DNA from: a virus
DNA: 64,000 nt
IMG/VR virus record: IMGVR_UViG_3300045988_056849
Strand: one strand, 5' to 3'
This document shows, in pieces, positions 25,879 to 33,760 of the stretch. The notes under the pieces were generated by a model. The model ran no database searches. It was not told the origin of the DNA and saw nothing but the letters and a program-made list of their open reading frames with translations. The first letter of the stretch is position 1; every line of letters begins with the position of its first letter. Position numbers and translations under genes: made by a program.

Positions 25879-25953
25879 AAGTTAAATATTGCCCAAAAAT
25901 AGAAAAAAGTTTGGAAATTATTTTTGCCGTTTGAAAAATACTCCGTACCTTCG
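25875..25953 (+). promoter_or_regulatory. Bacteroidota-type promoter P4
   Basis: 24-mer identical to P1 (25875-25898). -33 TTTG (25923-25926), 19-nt spacer, -7 TACCTTCG (25946-25953). Confidence 0.65.
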
Positions 25954-26004
25954 TAGTGTAATTGTAAATAAAGATTGTAAATCAAACAGTAAATTTCAAA
26001 GAAT

Positions 26005-26786
26005 ATGGAAGCAACAAATCAGAATTTAGACAGCGTATTAAAGAAGCTGAGAAAGTTACAAAACCTTTACGAAGGTGCAAAGAAAATCAACTCTGAAGGA
26101 GAAGCGAACGCAGCTGCTGCGGCTATACAAAGACTTCTTACCCAGTACAACTTGTCTATGGATGAGATTGGAACGGACGAGGAGAAAGCAAAAGATACTG
26201 TGTTTGAAGAGAAAGTGGACGGATTCACCTACAAGAGAGTATCGGAGGAGAATGGGAGTTCCGTTTGTTATACGTTCTTTGTAAATGGAATTTCTGCAAA
26301 TGTTTTCAAGTAGGAAGCACTTACAGAAGATTGATGATTTTCGGTAAGAAAGAAAACATTGAGACCGTTAAGTGGTTGCGTGGAATGCTTGCTGAACGTT
26401 TCGTAGCGTTCTCCAAAAATCGTTTCAAGGAGTACAAGAAAACCATGGAGTATGCTATGAAGCCTATCAGTATGGATAAGTATCAGAGAAGTTACTTGAT
26501 GGGCTGTGCAGCTGGGCTGGATGCTAAGCTGAAAGAGGAGAGTGACCGAGAAAAAGCAAAGAATGCCGAATATGGAGCAAAAGTTACAGCTTTGGTAGTT
26601 CGCAATGATACAGCCGTTACCGAGTATATTGAAAACAAGTACAAGGTTGGTAGAGGAAGAGCGAGAAAAGAGAATTTTGATTCAGCCAGAGCCTACGGAT
26701 ATAAGGATGGCAAGAACACGGAGCTTCACAAGCAAGTAAGTGCGGGAGCGAAGAGTCAAGCCGATGGAGTGAAATTGCTTAAATAA
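26005..26786 (+). CDS. DUF2786-like protein, encoded in two overlapping frames (frameshift or pseudogene)
   Basis: N-terminal LKKLRKLQNLYEGAKKINSEGEANAAAAAIQRLLTQYNLS in frame 1 (stop at 26313). The continuation ...GGEWEFRLLYVLCKWNFCKCF... is in the frame of ORF 26265..26786, which is open from 26208. Confidence 0.5.
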
Positions 26787-26808
26787 ACCATATGACTTTG
26801 ATTGTGAT

Positions 26809-26850
26809 TATGGGGGTTGTCCTTCGGGATGGCTCCCATAGTTATTTTAC
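26809..26850 (+). terminator. terminator / conserved hairpin element A
   Basis: TATGGGGG (26809-26816) pairs with CTCCCATA (26833-26840), around an inner CC-UUCG-GG hairpin, then GTTATTTT. The CTCCCATAGTTATT 14-mer (26833-26846) recurs at 29547-29560. Confidence 0.6.
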
Positions 26851-26885
26851 GCAAGTATTAAGTCTTATGAAATAGGTAGTTTAAT

Positions 26886-27650
26886 ATGTCGGGAATAATT
26901 TACAAATTCACTATAATGAGCAGTTTTAGATATTTCGGTCATAAGCCGTTCTATGTAGGACAATTTATGCGGGATGTTTCAAAAGAACAATTTTTGAGAA
27001 ATGATTGTTTTGTATACGATGGTAGCGGTAAGACTTGGGAAAGATTTTGTAAAGGACTCAAAAGAAAGTTTCCAACCTGCTGGCGTAAACTAATCAAACG
27101 AGAAGTCTTGTTTTATTCAGAGAATTGTTCGCAGAAGGCTCTTGATAGAATGGAAGAGTATTTCATCAAACATGAGAAGTCTCATTACTCATACGAGGTA
27201 GGCGGTTGCAACATACTATGGGGAACTGCTAACAAGTTCGGTTCTGGAAGTCCTATGAAAGACCCAATGATTGCGGCTAAAGTTACTAAGCAATTACGAG
27301 GAAGAAGAGGAGCAAAAAGGTCAGAAGAAGGTAAGCGAAACATGTCTATTGCTGCTAAAAGGTCATGGGAGAATGCAAATAAGCGCAGAAGGTTAATTTC
27401 AAAGTCTATGTCTTCATATATGCAGAACGGAGGAAAGGAACATTTGTCCAGAGTTAAGAAAGGAAGAAAGTTCAGCGATGAACATAGAAGGAACATTGCT
27501 TTGAATCATGCTGATATTAGCGGTAAAAATCATCCTTGTTACGGTAAGCATTTCAAATGGATAACAAATGGTTTAGTGGAACAAAGATTGGATGAAGGCA
27601 AATCAATTCCTGAAGGTTTTCAATACGGTAGAATTAAATACAAGAAGTAA
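26886..27650 (+). CDS. free-standing GIY-YIG homing endonuclease with NUMOD3-like repeats
   Basis: GIIYKFT...KPFYVGQ (GIY...YVG) N-terminal motif. C-terminal repeats GSGSPMKDP, RGRRGAKRSEEGKRNMS, KGRKFSDEHRRNI, SGKNHPCYGK. Confidence 0.65.
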   Translation: MSGIIYKFTIMSSFRYFGHKPFYVGQFMRDVSKEQFLRNDCFVYDGSGKTWERFCKGLKRKFPTCWRKLIKREVLFYSENCSQKALDRMEEYFIKHEKSHYSYEVGGCNILWGTANKFGSGSPMKDPMIAAKVTKQLRGRRGAKRSEEGKRNMSIAAKRSWENANKRRRLISKSMSSYMQNGGKEHLSRVKKGRKFSDEHRRNIALNHADISGKNHPCYGKHFKWITNGLVEQRLDEGKSIPEGFQYGRIKYKK

Positions 27651-28624
27651 TGAATATAATTTTTGACGGAAACTACGCATTTCACAAATGCTTCAGCGTT
27701 TTTTCTCAATATTACAAAGGTCAAGATATGTCAGACGTATTGAGCGACCCAGAGAAGCAGCAAGTTTTACTGCGTAAATGCATCATAGACATGTGTGCAG
27801 CAATCAAACGGTTTAAGGATATCAAACGAGTGGCATTTGTGATAGATAGCTCTTCATGGCGTTACAGTATCTACGATGATTACAAGTACGCTCTTACGAG
27901 AGTCAGAGACCCATTTTACAAGCATTTCCTGACCGTATTAGATATGTTTGAGGCTCTTCTTCGGAGAAAAGGACTAATCGTCAGTAGAGTCATGGGAGCA
28001 GAGGGGGATGACCTTCTGTACGTATGGGGCTTGTACTTTGGATATTGTTTGGACGAAGAGCTGGTAATAATTACTGGTGATTCCGATATTCGACAAATCA
28101 TGAACAAAAACGTTTCCTTGTTCAACAATAACTCAAAGAACTTGAAGATGTATTGTATCCCAGAGAAGGAAGTGTTTTGGAACGAGTATCTTGAAACTGA
28201 TGTTCAGGTCATACCTACGAAGCCATTTGAGGTTTTGTTATATAAGGTCATTATGGGAGACACTTCTGATAACATTCCTAAGCTCAAAGCAGGGTTTGGG
28301 CCAAAAGCCTTCGACAAGTTCATTGAATCAATCAGTCCTTATCACGAGCCGAAAGATATTGACCTTGTACCGATGGCTCAATGGATTGCCAAACGTTTCT
28401 CCGAGTTTACGAAAATGAAAGAGGAGGAAGTATTGGGACAAGTTTTATTCAATCTGAAGATGACGTGGTTGAACTTGTCTGTATATAACAATACCGATTA
28501 TCAGACTAAGAACGGCAAGAGCCTTCTTGAAAATATGCTTGACGATGTAAACGACCAAAAGAATAAATACAGTTATAGTAAAGCATACACGTTAGAAGAT
28601 TTTTATGGTATGGCAATCAAATAA
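27650..28624 (+). CDS. 5'-3' exonuclease / flap endonuclease (T4 RNase H / FEN family)
   Basis: IIFDGNYAFHK, VIDSSSWR, AEGDDLL, ITGDSDIRQI, MGDTSDNIPKLKAGFGPKAFDKF. Confidence 0.8.
   Translation: MNIIFDGNYAFHKCFSVFSQYYKGQDMSDVLSDPEKQQVLLRKCIIDMCAAIKRFKDIKRVAFVIDSSSWRYSIYDDYKYALTRVRDPFYKHFLTVLDMFEALLRRKGLIVSRVMGAEGDDLLYVWGLYFGYCLDEELVIITGDSDIRQIMNKNVSLFNNNSKNLKMYCIPEKEVFWNEYLETDVQVIPTKPFEVLLYKVIMGDTSDNIPKLKAGFGPKAFDKFIESISPYHEPKDIDLVPMAQWIAKRFSEFTKMKEEEVLGQVLFNLKMTWLNLSVYNNTDYQTKNGKSLLENMLDDVNDQKNKYSYSKAYTLEDFYGMAIK
28569..28578 (+). promoter_or_regulatory. ACAGTTATAG box, copy 3 (inside the 3' end of the FEN gene)
   Basis: Exact 10-mer, 58 nt upstream of ATG 28637. Flank ATACAGTTATAGTA. Confidence 0.5.
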
Positions 28625-28636
28625 ACATTGATAAAT

Positions 28637-28813
28637 ATGAAAAAGAAAACAATCATCTGGGTTGCAATTATTGTAGCCGTAGTTATCGGAGCGTTGGTGT
28701 ATATGCACTACACTCCTGTTTGGGTATCAATCTCAAACGTTGTGAGTTTAGCAATCGGTGTCGTTGTCGGCTGGATTGCTCATGTTTTGTATAACAAATA
28801 TATCAAAGAGTAA
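28637..28813 (+). CDS. small membrane protein (2 TM)
   Basis: IIWVAIIVAVVIGALVYM and VVSLAIGVVVGWIAHVL. Confidence 0.5.
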   Translation: MKKKTIIWVAIIVAVVIGALVYMHYTPVWVSISNVVSLAIGVVVGWIAHVLYNKYIKE

Positions 28814-28815
28814 TC

Positions 28816-29481
28816 ATGGACGAAATTAGCAAAGCGATTCAAGGAGCGAGAGCTGCTCAGCGAGGACGCATCATGGGAAGTTTCTCAAACTTCCAAGAAG
28901 TAACAGCGGATGACGATGCTATCCGCAAAGGTGAAGAAGTATCGGAGGAAAATCCATTTGACAAAGCTGCCGAAGAAGCGGATGTGGAGAAGTCCGATGT
29001 AATAGATGCTTTATCCTATCAGGGAGACATTAAAGTGTCTAAGACTGGTAAGGAGATTAAAGACCAAGTGGACACCGTTCTGCTGCCTGCTATGACGGCA
29101 GACTTGGCTGTAAAGGAGGCTGAAGCTGATAAGAAGTTGAAAGACTGCGGAACAGCTCCGACCAAAGACCCAGACAAATGGTGGACGGATGGTATCAAGA
29201 TGGACTGCGGTTACAAAATCTATGATTGGGAAGAAACCTATGTTCCTAACAATGACGGAGGAAAGATGATGAGTTCACTTTCGGCTTCGGATGCAGAGGA
29301 CAAGAAAGGTAACGTGCCCGAAAATCAAGAGCAAGCAACATGCCGTAGAGAGTACAACGATATTGTACGAGCTATCTGCAATATCAAAGTTGATATCAAG
29401 GCGTGTGAGATTTTGAAAACTCTTGCTGACAATAAAGAGTTTGAACTTTCACCACGTCAGGTATTAGCATTAAGGTTTTAA
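28816..29481 (+). CDS. hypothetical acidic protein (221 aa)
   Basis: ORF in operon context. No motif recognised. Confidence 0.6.
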   Translation: MDEISKAIQGARAAQRGRIMGSFSNFQEVTADDDAIRKGEEVSEENPFDKAAEEADVEKSDVIDALSYQGDIKVSKTGKEIKDQVDTVLLPAMTADLAVKEAEADKKLKDCGTAPTKDPDKWWTDGIKMDCGYKIYDWEETYVPNNDGGKMMSSLSASDAEDKKGNVPENQEQATCRREYNDIVRAICNIKVDIKACEILKTLADNKEFELSPRQVLALRF

Positions 29482-29483
29482 CG

Positions 29484-29560
29484 TGGGGAGGTGTACTGCG
29501 ACTGGAGAGGGAATTGAGTTGTGAAACTTGGTTCCCTTTCATTTTTCTCCCATAGTTATT
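29484..29560 (+). terminator. terminator / conserved hairpin element B
   Basis: GGGAATTGAGTT (29509-29520) pairs with AACTTGGTTCCC (29525-29536): GTGA loop, 12 bp including G:U, then TTTCATTTTT. The outer GGGAG/CTCCC pairing ends in CTCCCATAGTTATT (29547-29560). Confidence 0.6.
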
Positions 29561-29577
29561 AAGTAAAATGTTACACT

Positions 29578-29919
29578 ATGCCAATAGATAATGATAATCC
29601 ACAAGTATGGAGCTACTTTAAGCGAGGAGATATTGTCAAGGATTCAGAAGATAGTGTTTGGGGCAATACTAAATTTGAAATCACTGGGTTTCATGGTAAT
29701 TGGTACTGTCCTTTATTATCAACGAATATATGCGGCAAGTTCTATCCCAGCGGCAATCCTCAGCGTTGTAATTTAGGAGTGAGAGAAGCAAGGTTAATTA
29801 ACGCAGCTCACCGACCTTTCAAAAGAATGAAAAAAGTTCCTTTGCTGAAACTAATGGCGAAAGGAAACGTGGAAGCGAGGAGAGAATTTGTTATGAGAGT
29901 AAATACAAAAACTTTATAA
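29578..29919 (+). CDS. hypothetical protein (113 aa)
   Basis: First ORF after hairpin element B. Cys-containing. No motif recognised. Confidence 0.55.
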   Translation: MPIDNDNPQVWSYFKRGDIVKDSEDSVWGNTKFEITGFHGNWYCPLLSTNICGKFYPSGNPQRCNLGVREARLINAAHRPFKRMKKVPLLKLMAKGNVEARREFVMRVNTKTL

Positions 29920-29922
29920 TTT

Positions 29923-31077
29923 ATGTTTGAACAAGCAGCATGGTATGATAAGCTCCCAAACGAGAGCTTGGAAGTGTACGAGCCTCATTTGAGATTATTC
30001 TTTGAGACTATGTACGAGCGACAAATGATTTGGAAACGTAGGTTCATAGACAAGAAGGAAAGACCTTGGACAGACAACAAGATATTCCAAGAGTCAAAAT
30101 TCACGAACGTGTACCGAGAACTTGACCGAAACAGTCAATGGCAAATCAAAAACATTCTTCTTGATGAAAGTCTTTCTTTGAAGAACTTGGTTTGGAAGAT
30201 GATGGTTTTCCGTTTCTTCAACAATCCTGAAACATTCGAGTTTGAACCGAAGGGAAAGAGCGTTCAACCCAGTCTATTCGGAGCACCTATCAAATCAGGA
30301 CTTAAACAAGCTCAATCTATGGACGAGCTTATTTCAGCCAAGAAATGGAAGAATGGTATTCCCGATTGGGAGGAGTATGACGAAGATGAATTCAGTCGTT
30401 TCATTGCGGGCGTTCGGAGTTCGGGTCAAAATCCATATACAACCGCTTACTTGATAAACTCTCAAGCAACACCTGGTCAGCCGAGAGATTATTGTTACAC
30501 AAGGGTTGTAATACCTCACCTGCATAAGAACGTAGGAAAGCTCATTGCTACGGTGATGAAAGCTAAAAGACCAGAAGATATTATTGAGTATCTGAAAACC
30601 TTCCCTGCGGTGGCGGATTTTATTGCTCATGAGTTCTATCAGGACTTCACATATATACCGAGATATACCAACCGTAAATTTATGAAGTTTGACCAAAACG
30701 ACTTCACGAACGTTGGGCCAGGTTGTAGTATAGGCATACGCCTTATTTATCCGAGCTTGAAAACTGTAAGAGAGCAAAAACAAGCTATCTACTGGTTGAA
30801 GGAAGCAGCAACCGAATGGCTTGAGAAAATTGGTAAAGAGAAGGGTGAGCCGTTTCCGTATCTTGATTGGGACAAAGAGAGTGGAGAATATTACACTTTC
30901 AGTCGCCAAGAGTATGAGGAAGATGAATTGAACCGTGATGTGCTATATACTGAAATAACCCTTCACCAGATTGAGATGTGGTTATGCGAGTTCCAGAAAT
31001 ATTGGAAGATGATTATTGGAGAAGGCAAACAGCGCAGCAAATTTCAACCGAGAAGCAAATCAATTATTTCAAAATAA
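29923..31077 (+). CDS. alpha-glutamyl/putrescinyl thymine pyrophosphorylase (aGPT-Pplase)-like DNA base hypermodification protein
   Basis: N-terminal signature YERQMIWKRRFIDKKERPWTDNKIFQESKFTNVYRELDRNSQWQIKNIL. This matches the ER..I..R....PWT.D.I....KFTN.YRE.DR.SQ core I recall for this family. Recognition by eye only. Confidence 0.55.
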   Translation: MFEQAAWYDKLPNESLEVYEPHLRLFFETMYERQMIWKRRFIDKKERPWTDNKIFQESKFTNVYRELDRNSQWQIKNILLDESLSLKNLVWKMMVFRFFNNPETFEFEPKGKSVQPSLFGAPIKSGLKQAQSMDELISAKKWKNGIPDWEEYDEDEFSRFIAGVRSSGQNPYTTAYLINSQATPGQPRDYCYTRVVIPHLHKNVGKLIATVMKAKRPEDIIEYLKTFPAVADFIAHEFYQDFTYIPRYTNRKFMKFDQNDFTNVGPGCSIGIRLIYPSLKTVREQKQAIYWLKEAATEWLEKIGKEKGEPFPYLDWDKESGEYYTFSRQEYEEDELNRDVLYTEITLHQIEMWLCEFQKYWKMIIGEGKQRSKFQPRSKSIISK

Positions 31078-31079
31078 CA

Positions 31080-32129
31080 ATGGACAAGAAATTAACAGAA
31101 TTTTTTGAGAAGAAAGAATTTGAGGTTGTAGAAAAGAAAACTACAACCCAAGTTCTTATTCAGAACTTACTTGCGTTCAGTGTACGTGAGAAGAAGGGAG
31201 GGTTGTTTGATATTTCAATCAACATAGTAAAGGACGAAGAAGAAAAGGAGAAGCTGAGAAAGCGTATCAACCGTGAAGGCTCTTCGGAGAACGAAGGTTG
31301 GAACATTGACTTTGAGAAAACTCCGATACTTCACAACGTAACGATAAGCCAATTTGAAGCCTTCTGTAAGCAAACTAAGCTCATTGCTCAGGTGAAACGT
31401 CTTTCGGAGTTCCGAGAGGTACAGAGCGACTTCACGTTGGCAGTAGCAGAAAAGGACGGCAAAACTTTGAAGTGGCGTTCAAACCTTCCTACGGAGAAGC
31501 ATATTGTTGATGCTGTATTCAAAGGCAGCGAGTACACTCACCGTTCAGTAGGTTTGGGCGGTTTAACTCTTACCAAGAAAGACGTTGTATTGGACTTGGG
31601 TGGTAATATCGGAGCTTTCACTTGCGACATCTTCGATAAAGTCAAAAAGGTCATTGTATTTGAACCTGAAGATGTGAACTATGAATTTCTATCTACGAAT
31701 ATAGAAGACAACGGAGCAAAGAACGTAATTGCCCACAAACAAGCCGTAGTTGGTAATGACGATAAGGTGCGTGACTTCTATCTGGGTAAAGCTCCGTATT
31801 ATTATTCATTCTTGGTAAAACATAACCGCAAGCGAGTTCCTGTTGAGTGCGTGAATATCAACGAGGTTATGAAGAAGTACAACCCTACCAAGATGAAGGT
31901 TGATATTGAAGGCTCTGAATGGGAAGTTCTTATCAACTGCACGGACTTCGGGAATGTTGACCAGATAATCTTTGAGTACAACTTCGATATGAATATGGAC
32001 TTGAAAGAGGACTTCAAGCGGTTCAAGGCTCTTCGGAAACATCTCAAGAAACACGGCTTTGACGTTCAGGAGATGGAGCGAGATATGAAGCAGAATTGGA
32101 ATTTGGTTTTCATGGTAACAAAGAAATAA
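31080..32129 (+). CDS. FkbM-family SAM-dependent methyltransferase with an uncharacterised ~170-aa N-terminal extension
   Basis: VLDLGGNIGAFT (SAM motif I), VIVFEPEDVNYEFLSTNIEDNG, MKVDIEGSEWEVL. Start moved to ATG 31080, 3 nt after the upstream stop. Confidence 0.75.
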   Translation: MDKKLTEFFEKKEFEVVEKKTTTQVLIQNLLAFSVREKKGGLFDISINIVKDEEEKEKLRKRINREGSSENEGWNIDFEKTPILHNVTISQFEAFCKQTKLIAQVKRLSEFREVQSDFTLAVAEKDGKTLKWRSNLPTEKHIVDAVFKGSEYTHRSVGLGGLTLTKKDVVLDLGGNIGAFTCDIFDKVKKVIVFEPEDVNYEFLSTNIEDNGAKNVIAHKQAVVGNDDKVRDFYLGKAPYYYSFLVKHNRKRVPVECVNINEVMKKYNPTKMKVDIEGSEWEVLINCTDFGNVDQIIFEYNFDMNMDLKEDFKRFKALRKHLKKHGFDVQEMERDMKQNWNLVFMVTKK

Positions 32130-32132
32130 GCT

Positions 32133-32465
32133 ATGCCGATTTCAAAGAAAATAAAAGAACTCAAGGAGCCATTGGAGGTAGATTTACAGCTGATGGCTTC
32201 TGAGCTTGATACTTCGGTTAAGAACATGAAGTATTTGTCGAAAGATATGATGTCCGATGCTACGTCAATTGATGCGTTCGATGCGTTGGTTGAGGACATA
32301 GAAAGAGGAGAAGGAAGCGAGGTGACAACGTTTGATGACAATACCATTTTATATGAGTATTTGGACGAAGCTGTTGTTGTACATAACGTTCTTGGCGTTC
32401 GTTACGTTCTATTTGATAGTATGGTGACGCAGAAGATAGAAAACAAGTTGGACAGTTATAGATAG
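32133..32465 (+). CDS. hypothetical acidic protein (110 aa)
   Basis: Starts 4 nt after the methyltransferase stop. Confidence 0.55.
   Translation: MPISKKIKELKEPLEVDLQLMASELDTSVKNMKYLSKDMMSDATSIDAFDALVEDIERGEGSEVTTFDDNTILYEYLDEAVVVHNVLGVRYVLFDSMVTQKIENKLDSYR
32452..32461 (+). promoter_or_regulatory. ACAGTTATAG box, copy 4
   Basis: Exact 10-mer overlapping the last codons of 32133..32465, 34 nt upstream of ATG 32496. Confidence 0.55.
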
Positions 32466-32495
32466 TTCAAACATTCATTTATAAATTTCAAGTAT

Positions 32496-33110
32496 ATGAG
32501 AACAATTGTCATTTTCAAAACGGCTACACCCGATGAAAGGATTGTCTTGCGTACTGACTCAATGTATGACGACTACGAGAGTGTGTTCACCGTCATGACC
32601 GTTGAAGGAAGTATCGAAGGAGTAATCAATGAATTCAAGGGCGGTAGCATTATCAGCCTTTCTACAATATCAAGATTTGTTGCTAACAATACTGGTATTG
32701 AAGCAGTGGCTATGTCTCCTGACGATGCTAAGTTGGATGTTGCCACAGCAACACCTAAGTTCCTATCAATTGATGTCTTTCCGATATTCAATGAAACGTC
32801 TTATCGTGAACATGTTTCTCCTGAATATCAGGAACGGTATTCATACGAGGACTCAAAAGACTCATTGCCTTGGTTGGCTATTAAGTCTGTGAAGGCGGTG
32901 TTAGCTACTCCGTTTGACTTGGAAATATCACACAACGGCAGTGCTTGTACTTTCGGAGGTAATTCTGAGAATGTTGGAACAATATCAGACTTCCAGAACG
33001 TAATGTTTGCTTGTAAGGATGATTTGGGCGTAGATGACCCGAAAGGCATTTGGCAGCTCAAGTTCACCATGAACGGCATTACCGATATTCGTGAAGTGGT
33101 AATTTCCTAA
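32496..33110 (+). CDS. hypothetical protein (204 aa), tandem paralog A
   Basis: The N-terminus MRTIVIFKTATPDERIVLRTD resembles that of the next ORF. Confidence 0.6.
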   Translation: MRTIVIFKTATPDERIVLRTDSMYDDYESVFTVMTVEGSIEGVINEFKGGSIISLSTISRFVANNTGIEAVAMSPDDAKLDVATATPKFLSIDVFPIFNETSYREHVSPEYQERYSYEDSKDSLPWLAIKSVKAVLATPFDLEISHNGSACTFGGNSENVGTISDFQNVMFACKDDLGVDDPKGIWQLKFTMNGITDIREVVIS

Positions 33111-33122
33111 AACGACAAGAAT

Positions 33123-33647
33123 ATGAGAGATTTTGTAATTGTAAACAAAGAAGACACTACCAAGAAAGCAACTCTAAGGGTTGATATGGTAGAGGATAAG
33201 ACCGAGAAACTCACTATCATGTGGTGCGATGGCGTTCGTGATACGGAGTTTGAAAAGATTATCCCATGGAAGTGCGGAACGGTAACATCAATGACCGAGA
33301 TTGAAGAGTGGGCAACTCAATATCAGTCTGAGCTGGATGTTTATATGTACGGAGGGGAGCAAGTTCAAGTATTGGGCGCACCTACTCACAAACTGACCGT
33401 TACAGCTACTGTTACGAACAACAGCAAGGCGAATGTAATTCTGAAAGGAACGAAAGAAGGAGCTTTGCCTGTAAGTGATGAAATTGAGCTTACTTCGGGA
33501 GAGCCGAAAGAGATTCAAGGTATTGAAGGATACAGCTACACGTGGGAGCTTGTAAGCCCATACACTTGGACTTCGGGAGCACCTGAGGCTTTTGTTTGTA
33601 CTGAAGATAAGGATATTGCTTTAGCAATTTCTTTCCCAGTAGCATAA
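33123..33647 (+). CDS. hypothetical protein (174 aa), tandem paralog B
   Basis: The N-terminus MRDFVIVNKEDTTKKATLRVD resembles that of the previous ORF. Followed by a terminator. Confidence 0.6.
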   Translation: MRDFVIVNKEDTTKKATLRVDMVEDKTEKLTIMWCDGVRDTEFEKIIPWKCGTVTSMTEIEEWATQYQSELDVYMYGGEQVQVLGAPTHKLTVTATVTNNSKANVILKGTKEGALPVSDEIELTSGEPKEIQGIEGYSYTWELVSPYTWTSGAPEAFVCTEDKDIALAISFPVA

Positions 33648-33671
33648 GAAACAAGAAGTCAAATGAAGAAA

Positions 33672-33700
33672 GGAGGGCATTGAAAAATGTTCTCCTTTTT
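33672..33700 (+). terminator. rho-independent terminator
   Basis: GGAGGGCAT (33672-33680) pairs with ATGTTCTCC (33687-33695): 9 bp including 2 G:U, loop TGAAAA, then TTTTT. Confidence 0.7.
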
Positions 33701-33717
33701 ATTTGTTTACACATTTT

Positions 33718-33727
33718 ACAGTTATAG
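33718..33727 (+). promoter_or_regulatory. ACAGTTATAG box, copy 5
   Basis: Exact 10-mer, 33 nt upstream of the portal ATG 33761 and 17 nt after the terminator. Confidence 0.6.
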
Positions 33728-33760
33728 GATATTCAAATGTAAAATTGATTTCAATATAGT

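Noticed and set aside
30334-30909. Long minus-strand ORFs (for example 30334..30909, 41785..42393, 15664..16143, 45141..45680, 50767..51276, 49760..50254)
   Set aside because: Each is fully antisense to a + strand gene with recognisable motifs or strong context. Their products are Leu/Ser/Phe-rich shadow sequences with no flanking promoter or terminator signals. The whole window is otherwise unidirectional.
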